A DNA stretch of 53,405 nt, from IMG/VR virus record IMGVR_UViG_3300020593_000094, positions 1 through 53,405 of that record. One strand, written 5' to 3'. Shown piece after piece: positions 43,986-53,405 of this stretch (the stretch's first letter is position 1; every line of letters starts with the position of its first letter). This DNA is from a virus. Taxonomy: Duplodnaviria > Caudoviricetes. The position numbers were made by a program, and so were the translations under genes. The notes beneath the pieces are model-generated. The model was not told the DNA's origin and did not search any database. It saw only the letters and a list, made by a program, of their open reading frames with translations.

Positions 43986-46135
43986 CTTCGCTGAAGAAGC
44001 CTGCCCCGATCGATTTCAAAACCCAATACGGCCTGGCGCTGGACGAGGCCGACGACGCCATCATCGTGGATCTGTTCGCCGGCGGCGGCGGCGCCAGTAC
44101 CGGCCTGGAGATGGGCCTGGGCCGCCAGGTTGCCCTGGCCATCAACCACAACCCCGCGGCCATCAGCATGCACGAGGCCAACCACCCGCATGCAATCCAC
44201 AAGCCGACCGACATCTGGGGAGTCGACCCGATCGAAAGCACGCAGGGCCGCCCGGTGGGTTGGCTGCACGCATCACCGGACTGCAGGCACCACAGCCAGG
44301 CCGCAGGCGGCCAGCCGCGCAAGAAGGAAATCCGCGACCTGTCGTGGGTGGTTGCGAAGTGGGCCGGGAAGCTCCAGAAGGCTGGCCAAGGGCCCTGGGT
44401 GATCAGCCTGGAGAACGTGAAGCAGATCCTTCAATGGGGACCGCTGGTAGCGAAGCGCGACAAGGCCACCGGCCGCGTCATCAAGGTCGACAGCACTGTG
44501 GCTGCCGCAGGCGAGCACGTGCCTCGCCACGAGCAGTTCCTGGTCCCGGACCCGAAGCGCAAGGGCCGCACCTGGCGCCAGTTCGTCCAGACGCTGCGCG
44601 GCTTCGGCTACCACGTCGAATACTGGATCGAGCGCAACTGTGACTTCGGCGATCCCACCAGCCGCCAGCGCCTCTACATGGTGGCGACCGCTGGCGACGT
44701 GTCCCCGGTCGCGCCGGCGAAGACGCACGCCGCAAAGCCGGCCAAGGGCCAGAAGCCGCACCGCACAGCCGCCGAGTGCATCGACTGGAGCGACCTGGGC
44801 CAGTCCATCCGCCACCGGAAGCGCCCGCTGGCGGAAGCCACGATGCGCCGGATCGCCAAGGGCATCGAGAAGGAAGTGCTGCAGCGCGCACAGCCCTTCA
44901 TCGTCCCGCTGACGCACCAAGGCTCCGATCGCCTGCACAGCCTGGCCGAGCCCTTCCGCACCATCACGGCCGCGCACCGGGGCGAACTGGCCCTGGCCTC
45001 GCCGACGCTGATCCAGGTTGGCTACGGCGAGCGAGACGGCCAGCAGCCGCGCGTGCCGGGGCTGGACAAGCCGCTGGGCACGGTGGTCGCCGGCGGCGGC
45101 AAGCATGCCCTGGCCACGGCGGTTCTGGTCGGCGCTGGAGGCCCCAGCTACGGCGGCAAGCCCGCCGCGGTGGACCAGCCGCTGGGCACCGTTGTGGGCG
45201 AGAATCACCGCGCTCTCGCTTCCGGTGTGCTGATCGGCGTCGGCGGCCGTGCCGGCCAGACCGAACCGCGCTCGGTCGCCGAACCGATGTACACCATAAC
45301 CGCGAAGGCCGACTGCAGCGTGGCCACCGCCTTCCTGGCCCAGGCGAACGGCGGCTACAACACTACCCACAGCCGCCCGGCCGACGCTCCGGTCAGCACA
45401 ATCACCAACAAGGGCAGCCAGCAGCAGCTGGTCACGGCCAACTTGGTGACGCTGCGGAAAGGTTCGAACGGCGCACCGGTGGATGGCCCGCTGGGCACGC
45501 AAACCGGTGCAGACCACCACGGCCTCGTCGCTGCTCACCTGCTGCACCTGCGCGGCAACTGCGATGCCAGGGACGCTGATGAGCCCTTGCACACGATCAG
45601 CCCCGGTGGCCAGCACCATGGCCTGCTCAGCGCCCTGCTGGTGACGAACACCACCGGCCACAGCAGCACGCCGGCGGACCAGCCGACGCCCACCGTGACA
45701 ACCGGCGGCCACCACATGCTGGTCACGCCGGAAATGATCGCCGGCAGCCTGACGCCGGAGCAGCTCGACGGTGCCGTGTGGGTGGCGGCGTTCCTGATGA
45801 AGTACCACGGCATGGGCGAGAACATCCGTCCGCTGGACGAGCCGGTCAGCACCGTGACCACCAAGGACCGGCTGGCCCTGGTCACCGTGTGGATCAGCGG
45901 CAGCCCCTACGTGATCGTCGACATCCGCCTGCGCATGCTGAAGCCGCGCGAGCTGTACCGCGCCCAGGGCTTCCCCGAGAGCTACATCATCGACCGCGGC
46001 CACGACGGCCGCCGGTTCACCCTTTCGGAACAGGTCCACATGTGCGGCAACAGCGTCAGCCCGGGGACCATGGCCGCCATCGCGCGCGCCAATGACCCGT
46101 GGCGCCTGCGCCCCCTGCACGCCAGGGCGGCGTAG
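43982..46135 (+). CDS. Orphan C5-cytosine DNA methyltransferase (long phage type)
   Basis: DLFAGGGG, HASPDCRHHS, LENV, R.RLY, RML.PREL..AQGFP, CGNSV; repetitive central region. Confidence 0.92.
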   Translation: MTSLKKPAPIDFKTQYGLALDEADDAIIVDLFAGGGGASTGLEMGLGRQVALAINHNPAAISMHEANHPHAIHKPTDIWGVDPIESTQGRPVGWLHASPDCRHHSQAAGGQPRKKEIRDLSWVVAKWAGKLQKAGQGPWVISLENVKQILQWGPLVAKRDKATGRVIKVDSTVAAAGEHVPRHEQFLVPDPKRKGRTWRQFVQTLRGFGYHVEYWIERNCDFGDPTSRQRLYMVATAGDVSPVAPAKTHAAKPAKGQKPHRTAAECIDWSDLGQSIRHRKRPLAEATMRRIAKGIEKEVLQRAQPFIVPLTHQGSDRLHSLAEPFRTITAAHRGELALASPTLIQVGYGERDGQQPRVPGLDKPLGTVVAGGGKHALATAVLVGAGGPSYGGKPAAVDQPLGTVVGENHRALASGVLIGVGGRAGQTEPRSVAEPMYTITAKADCSVATAFLAQANGGYNTTHSRPADAPVSTITNKGSQQQLVTANLVTLRKGSNGAPVDGPLGTQTGADHHGLVAAHLLHLRGNCDARDADEPLHTISPGGQHHGLLSALLVTNTTGHSSTPADQPTPTVTTGGHHMLVTPEMIAGSLTPEQLDGAVWVAAFLMKYHGMGENIRPLDEPVSTVTTKDRLALVTVWISGSPYVIVDIRLRMLKPRELYRAQGFPESYIIDRGHDGRRFTLSEQVHMCGNSVSPGTMAAIARANDPWRLRPLHARAA

Positions 46136-46186
46136 TCGCCCCTCTCCCATCACATCCAATGCGCCAGCAGGCGCCGAGGAATCGTC

Positions 46187-47194
46187 ATGCCCATTCGCAA
46201 CGCGATCATCCACCACATCGACAAGAAGCCCGATGGCAACCCTGCGCTGCTGCACCTGGCCACTCAGGCACTGGCCGAGTCGCAAGCCCTGGAGAATCTG
46301 CACTTCGACCTGAGCACGGCCTACAACGCCAAGCCTGGCAAGGGCTGGGGCCTGTTCATCGAGGAGTCCGGCGCCTACCCCTTCAGCGGCTGGCTGACCA
46401 AGTACCTGGACGGCGAACAGGACTTCGTCGCCTTCGCCAAGGTGACGGCCGAGCACATGAAGGCCCTGATGGAGGAGTCGAACCTGAGCGTCGGTGGCCA
46501 CCTGCTGATCGTCCACTACACCCAGGGCATGACCGACTACCTGGTAGTGGCGCTGCTGCAGCAGACCGAGAGCACCGGCATCAATGAGCGGCTGGAGACG
46601 GTCACCACCCGGAGCTTCGACCTGGGCCACCTGCAGTTCGCGGCGCGCATCAACCTATCGGAGTGGCGCACCAACAAGGCGTCGAAGCAGTACATCTCGT
46701 TCCTGAAACCGAAGGGCGGCCGCAAGTTCAACTCCTACTTCAACGACTGCATTGGCTGCACCGAGGGCGTCGACGCGCCCAGCGAGACCCGCACCCTGCT
46801 GAAGGCCTTCAGCGACTTCGTGGAGAGCGAGGACCTGCCGGACACAGAGGCGCGCGAGAAGACCGAAACCCTGCTCGACTACGCCACGGCGCAGGCGAAG
46901 ATCGGCGCACCGATCACCCTGGACGCCCTGTCCGAGCTGATGGACGAACAGGCGCCGCGCGCCTTCGCCGACTTCATCCGCGACAAGGACTACGGCCTGG
47001 CCCAGGAGATTCCGCCGGACAAGCGCACGCTGAACAGCTTCCGGCGCTTCACCGCGAAGGCCGATGGCCTGTCGATCAGCTTCGCGCCCCACCTGCTGGG
47101 CTCCAAGGTCGAGTTCGACGCCGGCCGCGACACCCTGCTGATCCACGGGGTGCCCGAACAGCTCAAGGCCCAGATGAAGAAGGTGGCGCCGTGA
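46187..47194 (+). CDS. Nucleoid-associated protein NdpA/YejK homologue
   Basis: [33 protein letters not shown]...YF.D.IGC.EG, DKRTL..FRRFT. Confidence 0.9.
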   Translation: MPIRNAIIHHIDKKPDGNPALLHLATQALAESQALENLHFDLSTAYNAKPGKGWGLFIEESGAYPFSGWLTKYLDGEQDFVAFAKVTAEHMKALMEESNLSVGGHLLIVHYTQGMTDYLVVALLQQTESTGINERLETVTTRSFDLGHLQFAARINLSEWRTNKASKQYISFLKPKGGRKFNSYFNDCIGCTEGVDAPSETRTLLKAFSDFVESEDLPDTEAREKTETLLDYATAQAKIGAPITLDALSELMDEQAPRAFADFIRDKDYGLAQEIPPDKRTLNSFRRFTAKADGLSISFAPHLLGSKVEFDAGRDTLLIHGVPEQLKAQMKKVAP

Positions 47195-47442
47195 AGTTCC
47201 ACGCCCCGACGGGTGCCCTCGTCGTGGATCAGGAAGGGCTGCAGCGCGCCGCTGATGGCCTGCTGTTCGCGATGAAGAAGATCCGCATCCTGGGCGAACT
47301 GCCGCTGGACAAGCACGAACGTGGCGCGCTGATCACCAACGCCGACCACGCGCAGAAGGCCATCATCGACGCCGCCGCGGCCCTGGGCATCGACCTGGGC
47401 GCCCGGTGGGGCAACGAGCTGGACCTGCGCGACCGCAACTGA
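47191..47442 (+). CDS. Small hypothetical protein (83 aa)
   Basis: GTG start overlaps the upstream TGA; high GC3. Confidence 0.7.
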   Translation: MKFHAPTGALVVDQEGLQRAADGLLFAMKKIRILGELPLDKHERGALITNADHAQKAIIDAAAALGIDLGARWGNELDLRDRN

Positions 47443-47467
47443 AGCGCCAGCGGCGCGAGGACCTCCC

Positions 47468-48166
47468 ATGAAAACACGTGAACAGCTGCGCGACGAACGA
47501 GCGGCCCTGGCGCAGCCCGCTCTGGTGCCGGAGCTGCAGGGCGGCCTTGACGTGGCAGTCGATCGCCTCGAAATCCCGGTGAGTGGATGGGGGCAGTTCC
47601 CGATTGTCCATGTGCCGTGGAATGTCTTCGATCGCGCCGTGATGTGGGTGGAGGACCGTCGGCGCTATGGCGATGACGGAACCATCGTAGACGACTGGAT
47701 GGCCTTGAAGGCAATCCAGCGCGCCGCCCTGGCGCAACCCTCCCCGGCACCAGAGAGCGCCGCCGTCCTACCGCCCTTCGCTGAGAAAGTGCTGGCCAAG
47801 CTGCGCCGCTTCGAGGAATGCGCCAGCGACTTCGATTCGGGCGGCGTCGATATCGGTCGGCACTGGCTTGACCTGCTGACTCAGCTCGGGCTGCTCAATC
47901 GAGTTCAGCGCAGCCCGGCGCTCTGGGAGATCAGCCAGCAGGGCGAGGATTTGCTCGAAGCTCCGGGCGCCCAAGCTGGGCGGGTGCCAGCCGGATTCAC
48001 ACTGGTCCCCGAGCATGACGGAGTCGATGCCATCGTCACCGCGCTCTACCGCCGGTTCAAGGAATGGAGCGCTCGGGGCTTCGGTCCTGAGGACGTGACA
48101 TGGTGCGAGGTGAAGGCCGACCTGCTGGCATTGATCGCCGCCGCGCCGGCGAAGGGAGGTGAGTGA
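47468..48166 (+). CDS. Hypothetical mosaic phage protein
   Basis: GAGGA RBS; AALAQP linker repeats; AAAP end. Confidence 0.7.
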   Translation: MKTREQLRDERAALAQPALVPELQGGLDVAVDRLEIPVSGWGQFPIVHVPWNVFDRAVMWVEDRRRYGDDGTIVDDWMALKAIQRAALAQPSPAPESAAVLPPFAEKVLAKLRRFEECASDFDSGGVDIGRHWLDLLTQLGLLNRVQRSPALWEISQQGEDLLEAPGAQAGRVPAGFTLVPEHDGVDAIVTALYRRFKEWSARGFGPEDVTWCEVKADLLALIAAAPAKGGE

Positions 48167-48324
48167 TGATCGCCATCCACTTCGTGCGCGACACCGGGAA
48201 AACTGCCTGCGGCTTGCGGCCGGCCGGCTTGGCCTGGTCGCGCGACAAGCCGGTGACCACCTGCAAGCGCTGCAAGGCCTGGCTTGGATGGAATGAGCGC
48301 CAGGAGGGAGGCGGCCATGCGTAG
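48166..48324 (+). CDS. Small Cys/His (zinc-finger-like) protein, 52 aa
   Basis: IH...TACG...VTTCKRC; coupled TGATG start. Confidence 0.55.
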   Translation: MIAIHFVRDTGKTACGLRPAGLAWSRDKPVTTCKRCKAWLGWNERQEGGGHA

Positions 48325-48439
48325 GGCCTTGCTCATCACCTCCAGCATCGTCTTGCTCGGCCTGGCCGCCATCGGCGCGGCCATCGCCGTGCCGCTGTTC
48401 CCGGCGTTCGCCGCCATGCAGTGGGGGTGCAGCCTATGA
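48317..48439 (+). CDS. Small membrane peptide, 40 aa
   Basis: MRRALLITSSIVLLGLAAIGAAIAVPLF...; GGAGG RBS; overlaps both neighbours. Confidence 0.5.
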   Translation: MRRALLITSSIVLLGLAAIGAAIAVPLFPAFAAMQWGCSL

Positions 48440-48960
48440 CGCCGGCCAGGCAACAGGCCTTGCTCAAGGCGCAGACCGGGGTGGCGCGCAAGGTCTACGA
48501 CGTGGTGCCGATCCAATCGCCCTGGTCGCCCCTGCAGATCAAGGGCGCCCTGACGGCCGGCGGCCACAGCAGCGCGGAGCTGTCGGTGATCCGAGCCTGC
48601 TTGAACGACCTGAAGGACGCCGGGCTGGTCCGCGAGGTTGATCGCCGGATGTACCTGCGCACCGAAGTCAGAACCCCACCCCAGCAGAAGGACCAACCCA
48701 TGCCCCAGATCGTCACAAGCATCAAGCCCGCAGCGAAGGCCAGCAGCACCAGCGCCAGCCCCATCGAACTGCTCGGCGACCTGGCCAGCCAGTTGAAGGC
48801 GCTGGGCGAGGAGTTCTCGGCGAAGGTCCAGGCGCTGGCGGCGCGCGTCGAGGAAGCCGCCCTGACGATCGAGCAGGGACTGGAGGCGAACGCCGCCAAC
48901 CTGGAGAAGGTTCGCCAGCTCCAGACGTTGCTGAAGAGCCTCGCCGAACCCAACACCTAA
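48436..48960 (+). CDS. Hypothetical protein (wHTH-like plus coiled coil)
   Basis: CL.DLKDAGLVRE motif followed by a coiled coil. Confidence 0.7.
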   Translation: MTPARQQALLKAQTGVARKVYDVVPIQSPWSPLQIKGALTAGGHSSAELSVIRACLNDLKDAGLVREVDRRMYLRTEVRTPPQQKDQPMPQIVTSIKPAAKASSTSASPIELLGDLASQLKALGEEFSAKVQALAARVEEAALTIEQGLEANAANLEKVRQLQTLLKSLAEPNT

Positions 48961-49000
48961 CTCATGCGGCGCCGGTACGCCGGCGCATTGAGGCATTGCT

Positions 49001-49213
49001 ATGCGAAAAGAACTCATCAAGATCAGCGAGTTCCAGCGGCGCCGCTGGGGCACCAATGGAACACCACTGTCCGGCCAGGCAATCCGCAATCAGCTCAGGG
49101 ACGGCATTCTCCCGGGCGAACGGATCGGCAAACTCTGGTTCGTCGACTGGACGGCGTTCAGCAAGTCGACCAGCAACGACCTGGTCGCCATGGTCCTTCG
49201 AGGAGCAGCGTGA
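49001..49213 (+). CDS. xis: Putative excisionase
   Basis: 70-aa basic HTH-like protein (G.LPGERIGKLWFVD) overlapping the integrase start. Confidence 0.75.
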   Translation: MRKELIKISEFQRRRWGTNGTPLSGQAIRNQLRDGILPGERIGKLWFVDWTAFSKSTSNDLVAMVLRGAA

Positions 49214-50325
49214 TGTCGCCTCGTCCACGGAACAAGGCCAACAAGGGGCTCCCCGAGAACCTCTACCTGGACTCAAGGCGCGGGACCTACCGCTACAGAA
49301 GGCCGACGGATGGAAAGTGGTTCCCCTTTGGCACCGACCGGGCCAAGGCAATCAACGCGGCCAAGCAGTTGAACATGGAGTTCATTGGCGGGGCCGACCT
49401 GGTGTCCAAGGTGAAAGGCGGATCCACCGACCTGTTCGTCGACTTCATCGACCACTACAAGGAGAAAATCCTCCCGCCGCGCGAACTGGCGAAGGGCACG
49501 CTCGATCTGTACGAAGTGCGGCTCCGGCAATTCAGGAAGGCCTGGCCCGCCCATGCGGTCAACGAGATCACCATCCGCATGATCGCGGACCTGCTCGACA
49601 GACTGACACCCCGGGCAGCAAACCAGGCCCGGGCACTTCTGGTCGACATCTTCAACCACGCCGTGGCGAAAGGCCTGTGCCCGGACAACCCAGCCATCTG
49701 CACCATTCCGAAGATCGAGAAGAAGCAGCGCAAACGGCACACTGTAGAGGGGCTTCGGGCAATTCGCGAGAAGGCGCCAGCCTGGCTGCAGAACGCGATC
49801 GACCTGGCGCTGATCACCGCCCAGCGCCGGACCGACATCCTGGCCATGCGATTCGACGACGTTCGCGACGGGTTTCTGTACGTTGTCCAGCAGAAGACGG
49901 CCAAAGCCAGCGACGCGGCCTGGATTCGCTTCCGGGTGACGCCCGAGCTCCAGACCGTGCTCAGCAGGTGCCGGGACAACATCCCGTCCCCCTTCCTGAT
50001 TCACCGCAGGCCAGAACGGAAAAAGCAAAAGCAGGCCGAGCAGAAGGAGCACTGGACGAAGATCGAGGAGCGCTACCTGACCAGGGCCTTCAAGGAAGCC
50101 AGGGACACGGCAGGCTGTTATGCGGGGTGGAGTGAAGAGGAGATGCCGGGCTTCCATGAGGTCAGGGCGCTGTCGCTGCACCTGTACAAGAAAGCCGGAA
50201 AGGATGGGCAGAAGATCGCCGGCCATGCCAGCGAGGATATGACGAAAAACTATCAGCGCGACCACGAAGAAGTGGTCTGGGCGGACGCGATTCCGGACCT
50301 GGATATCAGCGAATTCGCCCGATAG
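49213..50325 (+). CDS. int: Prophage tyrosine integrase (lambda-like)
   Basis: LP.NLY arm-binding domain; catalytic R (AQRRTDI), H..R (FHEVRAL), GH, Y (MTKNY). Confidence 0.93.
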   Translation: MSPRPRNKANKGLPENLYLDSRRGTYRYRRPTDGKWFPFGTDRAKAINAAKQLNMEFIGGADLVSKVKGGSTDLFVDFIDHYKEKILPPRELAKGTLDLYEVRLRQFRKAWPAHAVNEITIRMIADLLDRLTPRAANQARALLVDIFNHAVAKGLCPDNPAICTIPKIEKKQRKRHTVEGLRAIREKAPAWLQNAIDLALITAQRRTDILAMRFDDVRDGFLYVVQQKTAKASDAAWIRFRVTPELQTVLSRCRDNIPSPFLIHRRPERKKQKQAEQKEHWTKIEERYLTRAFKEARDTAGCYAGWSEEEMPGFHEVRALSLHLYKKAGKDGQKIAGHASEDMTKNYQRDHEEVVWADAIPDLDISEFAR

Positions 50326-50326
50326 T

Positions 50327-50357
50327 TTTGCGCGCATTTTGCGCCAGTTTTGCGCGG
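50327..50357. repeat. Three direct TTTTGCGC repeats (candidate arm-type integrase sites)
   Basis: TTTTGCGCGCA-TTTTGCGCCAG-TTTTGCGCG immediately after int, next to the att core. Confidence 0.6.
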
Positions 50358-50369
50358 GCCCGGAAATGA

Positions 50370-50404
50370 AAACGGCCCAAGCACTGTAAGTGCTTGAGCC
50401 GTTT
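50370..50404. terminator. Hairpin between int and att (bidirectional terminator-like)
   Basis: AAACGGCCCAAGCACT-GTA-AGTGCTTGAGCCGTTT, 16-bp arms with one mismatch. Confidence 0.6.
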
Positions 50405-50412
50405 GGGATTTT

Positions 50413-50457
50413 TGGTCGGGACGGAGTGATTCGAACACTCGACCCCTTGCACCCCAT
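50413..50457 (-). other. att core: duplicated 3' half of tRNA-Pro(GGG)
   Basis: Reverse complement ATGGGGTGCAAGGGGTCGAGTGTTCGAATCACTCCGTCCCGACCA gives anticodon GGG, T-arm GTTCGAAT and CCA. The D-arm and 5' acceptor strand are absent. Confidence 0.88.
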
Positions 50458-50580
50458 ACAGGTAAAAACCTTTCTAAAGAAATCTAAGCCAGTCCGAAAA
50501 ATAAATCTCAACCCATTGAATTTACTTTGACATAGAGGATTTTTCGTCAAAAATCGTCCGAAGTCATGCGACGAAATCCG

Positions 50581-50638
50581 ATCTCAATTGGCAACCAATT
50601 GGCAACCAGGTAATCTCAATTGGCAACCAATTGGCAAC
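50581..50638. repeat. 26-bp direct repeat x2 containing four TTGGCAAC units (candidate arm-type sites)
   Basis: ATCTCAATTGGCAACCAATTGGCAAC at 50581-50606 and 50613-50638, just upstream of the second integrase. Confidence 0.75.
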
Positions 50639-50653
50639 GAGGAAACGGACCAA

Positions 50654-51997
50654 ATGGCCAAGATCACAGACCGCCAGATGACGGCCAAACCAGGTACAAG
50701 CGACAAGTGGCTGAGCGAGGTTGCCATCTGGGGACACGGCAGCTTGGTCGCCCGTATCACTCCAAGCGGTGAACGCCTCTTCTATTTCCGCTACACCAAC
50801 AACAGCAGTGAGCGCATCACCTTCCCCATTGGCACATACAGTCGCGATGGCAGCGAAGGCACTATGACACTCGCTGAAGCAGGTCTGCGGGCTAAAGAGC
50901 TTGCCGGGCTTCATAAGTCAGGCGTCAGAGATGTCAAGGAGCATCTAGAGGCCGAGGAAGCCTCTCGCGTGGCGGCACGCGATGCTGAGCTTGCACGGGT
51001 CGCCGCAGAGAAAGCCGCATTGGAGGCGGCCCAGGCCCGTCAAGCTGCCAGAAAAACCGTCCAGCAGCTGTTCGATCACTGGGCCAAGGTCGACTTGATC
51101 AACCGCAAGGACGGCGGCGCAGAAGTCCGCCGCATGTTCGAGAAAGATGTTCTGCCTTTCCTCGGTCAAATGGCCGTCGAAGATGTGAAAAAAGGCCACA
51201 TCACCGAGGTAACGGACGCCCTGCTCGCTCGCGGCGTCAACCGGATGGCGAAGATGGTCTTCAGCCTGATGCGCCAGATGTTCCGATTCGCCGTAGACCG
51301 GGATCTAATCGATCACGATCCGACTGCAAGCATTCGCAAAGCCAAAATTGGCGGTAAGGACGTCGAGCGAGATCGCGTATTGAGTGACGAAGAAATACGC
51401 GCGTTAGCAAGGCTCTCTCCGCAAGCCGGCCTACTCCCCTCTTCAGAGGCAGCAATTTGGATTGCTTTGTCTACCTGTTGCCGCATCGGCGAGCTGCTGA
51501 ATGCCCGATGGGAGAATGTCGACCTCACCAAAGGCAACTGGCACATACCTGCAGAGCAAAGCAAAAACGGTAGGGCCCACAACGTAACCCTCTCACCGTT
51601 CGCCATTCAACAATTCAAGGCCCTCATGGTATTCAGCTCTGCCAGCGAATGGTGCTATCCCAACACCCAGAATAGCGGTCCTGTTTGCTCAAAGACTGTG
51701 ACCAAGCAGCTTGGCGATAGGCAGCGCCTGCCAAACCAAGGGATCCTGAGCAACAGAAGCGCTAATGCTCAGGCGCTACTCCTCTCGGGAGGAAAGTGGA
51801 CTCCACACGACCTAAGGCGAACTGGCGCCACGATCATGACCGCCCTTGGTGTTCTCCCGGAAGTAGCGGAACGCTGCCTTAACCACACGGAGGAAAACAA
51901 GGTAAAGCGCACCTACCAACGACACAGCTACGCCAAAGAGATGTCAGAAGCATGGTATATTCTTGGACAACACTTAGAATTACTAATTTCAAAGTAG
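50654..51997 (+). CDS. Tyrosine integrase with N-terminal arm-binding domain (P4-like)
   Basis: L..RITPSG.R.FYFRY...IG.Y...TLAEA; CRIGEL, KNG, HDLRRT, LNH, TYQ. Start MAKIT at 50654. Confidence 0.93.
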   Translation: MAKITDRQMTAKPGTSDKWLSEVAIWGHGSLVARITPSGERLFYFRYTNNSSERITFPIGTYSRDGSEGTMTLAEAGLRAKELAGLHKSGVRDVKEHLEAEEASRVAARDAELARVAAEKAALEAAQARQAARKTVQQLFDHWAKVDLINRKDGGAEVRRMFEKDVLPFLGQMAVEDVKKGHITEVTDALLARGVNRMAKMVFSLMRQMFRFAVDRDLIDHDPTASIRKAKIGGKDVERDRVLSDEEIRALARLSPQAGLLPSSEAAIWIALSTCCRIGELLNARWENVDLTKGNWHIPAEQSKNGRAHNVTLSPFAIQQFKALMVFSSASEWCYPNTQNSGPVCSKTVTKQLGDRQRLPNQGILSNRSANAQALLLSGGKWTPHDLRRTGATIMTALGVLPEVAERCLNHTEENKVKRTYQRHSYAKEMSEAWYILGQHLELLISK

Positions 51998-52064
51998 CGA
52001 AAAACCAGATACCTCGCAGCTTTGTGGCCATGACAAATACTACAACTAAGCTCTCAGATAAGTA

Positions 52065-53165
52065 CTAAGACTTCCCTATTATCCCCCTCACAACCTTGTC
52101 ACTTACAAGCAAATCAATCATATAACCTTGAACATCCTCACTATCACACTTGATCCCCAGGCCATTCAGCCTAAAAAGAACTTTATCTAGCACCTTATCA
52201 ACAATAGCCACAGCCTCAACACGAGAGCGAAATGGAGCACTCTCTCGCAAAACAGCTATAAATTCATTTCTAATAGTACTTTTACGCTCACCCTCAACCT
52301 TTGCCTTTCCATATCCACCTGCACGCGCCCTTTCACGATAAGCTCTTGACTCATCTGGATACAGACTCCGACGTATATTTAGATATTTACAGGCACGCTT
52401 CCGAGCATTCCTATAGCCGACCATATCGCCCACCCTCAAGTGAAAGTATGCGTCTGCCACGGAAACTAAGATAAGCTCCACCAAACAATCCTCATGCTTT
52501 TTACTGCACGCTTTCTTATCAGCCATGGAAATTAAATTATTTACATAATCAGAACAAAAGCCTCCACTCTCATCTATCACTTCCAATTTCTCAACCAAAA
52601 GCCGCCTCACAAATCTTGAATTTATCCCAAGCCCATGATTCGCCTCACCATCAGGCAAGAAAATATATTCAACAAGAAGGCAAAGCCTCTTAAAACTCTC
52701 AAATTCCGGCGTCCCCATCAAGCTCTTAAACTCGTCATCATTAAAATCCAAAAATTCGTCCATGACTTTTTGCGCAACGAATAAAGAAGCAATTTCAAGC
52801 TCATACTCACTATCGCTCTTTAAATCCCTCATCAGATATACGGCCTCTTCAAAGGAATACCAATCGACCACCCCATCCGGTGCAATTTCTTCCTCAGGAT
52901 CAACCTGTTCAACTAAAAAGTAAGCACATGTCCCACTTCCTCCAAAATATACACCATCCCCAGCAGATGTGACCCTAACTCTTATTCTGGCCTCATCGAA
53001 AACCGCTGCAACAATCGCGCTATCAGGTGTTTCATTACCAGACAATTCAGTCCGTATAAAATACCCCCCGACAGGTCCAGGCCTTCTGCGCAGCAATACA
53101 CGAGAATTAGAGCCGACTATAATTGCCAAATACTGTTTAGCTTCTGGAATATTCAAGTTCAACAA
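52065..53165 (-). CDS. Low-GC hypothetical protein with degenerate NUDIX-like N-terminal domain
   Basis: AIIV....RVLLRR then GNETPDSAIVAAVFDEARI resembles a Nudix box lacking the RE..EE core. Confidence 0.55.
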   Translation of the reverse strand: MLNLNIPEAKQYLAIIVGSNSRVLLRRRPGPVGGYFIRTELSGNETPDSAIVAAVFDEARIRVRVTSAGDGVYFGGSGTCAYFLVEQVDPEEEIAPDGVVDWYSFEEAVYLMRDLKSDSEYELEIASLFVAQKVMDEFLDFNDDEFKSLMGTPEFESFKRLCLLVEYIFLPDGEANHGLGINSRFVRRLLVEKLEVIDESGGFCSDYVNNLISMADKKACSKKHEDCLVELILVSVADAYFHLRVGDMVGYRNARKRACKYLNIRRSLYPDESRAYRERARAGGYGKAKVEGERKSTIRNEFIAVLRESAPFRSRVEAVAIVDKVLDKVLFRLNGLGIKCDSEDVQGYMIDLLVSDKVVRGIIGKS

Positions 53166-53328
53166 CCCCTATAAATTTACAATCAAAACTACAGCCTAGA
53201 ATAAGACTTCCAAATATGCCCAAACATGCATGCCAATTAAATCCGCTCACTATCCCCTTACCCTACGCAGGGATTACACCAAATCTCACTCAGAGCAGAG
53301 CAGAAACATCAGCCTAATGCCTAGAAGC

Positions 53329-53363
53329 CCGCTACAGCTGCTATTCAATAGCAGCTGTAGCGG
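53329..53363. repeat. Perfect 17-bp inverted repeat (terminator-like)
   Basis: CCGCTACAGCTGCTATT-C-AATAGCAGCTGTAGCGG followed by CTTTTT. Confidence 0.7.
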
Positions 53364-53405
53364 CTTTTTAGCCATGCTCACTCATCCGCGAGCCAGTACC
53401 ACAGC

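Larger units (their letters stand above)
21817..50457. mobile_element. Defective lambdoid prophage (integration, early, immunity, replication and packaging modules; capsid, tail and endolysin absent)
   Basis: Continuous phage gene order from int/xis to terminase/portal. Right boundary is the tRNA-Pro 3' duplication; left boundary is an abrupt fusion to tssG. Confidence 0.92.
50458..53405. mobile_element. End of a second integrative element (genomic island or satellite), lower GC
   Basis: Begins at the tRNA fragment, carries its own integrase, and shows a sharp drop in GC. Confidence 0.8.

Noticed and set aside
35623-46630. Long minus-strand ORFs in the early region (35623-37665, 37714-39168, 44273-46630)
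   Set aside because: Antisense shadows of well-supported plus-strand phage genes.
47191-47442. Possible Acb2-like or anti-CRISPR small protein
   Set aside because: I recognise no Acb2 motif, and there is no adjacent aca HTH gene. Left as hypothetical.
50413-50457. Functional tRNA-Pro gene
   Set aside because: Only the anticodon loop to CCA is present; the 5' half is replaced by island DNA.

Overview
GC-rich, Pseudomonas-like window with four blocks. (1) 1-5.7 kb: a Type III restriction-modification pair (mod, then res running off the left edge). (2) 6.1-21.8 kb: the distal part of a type VI secretion cluster on the minus strand (tssG'-clpV-tssJ-tssK-tssL-tssM-tagF-tssM/OmpA-hcp-two small membrane ORFs-tssA). 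(3) ~21.8-50.46 kb: a defective lambdoid prophage whose right end is a duplicated 3' half of tRNA-Pro(GGG). Its capsid, tail and endolysin genes are missing because the head-gene operon is fused directly into the middle of tssG. (4) 50.46 kb to the end: the start of a second, lower-GC integrative element in tandem at the same tRNA att site. The strongest signal is a two-target diversity-generating retroelement in the phage early region. Two DUF1566/CLec-type genes end in 101-bp variable repeats that differ from a 101-bp template repeat only at template adenines (11 and 9 differences). An avd gene is present, but the reverse transcriptase is cut after about 46 codons. Other notable items: a portal protein carrying a C-terminal Acb1-like 2H phosphoesterase domain, T6SS genes placed in line with the phage late operon, readable repressor operators, a LexA box, and a tRNA-like fold in the pL leader. 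All family assignments come from motif recognition, not from database searches.
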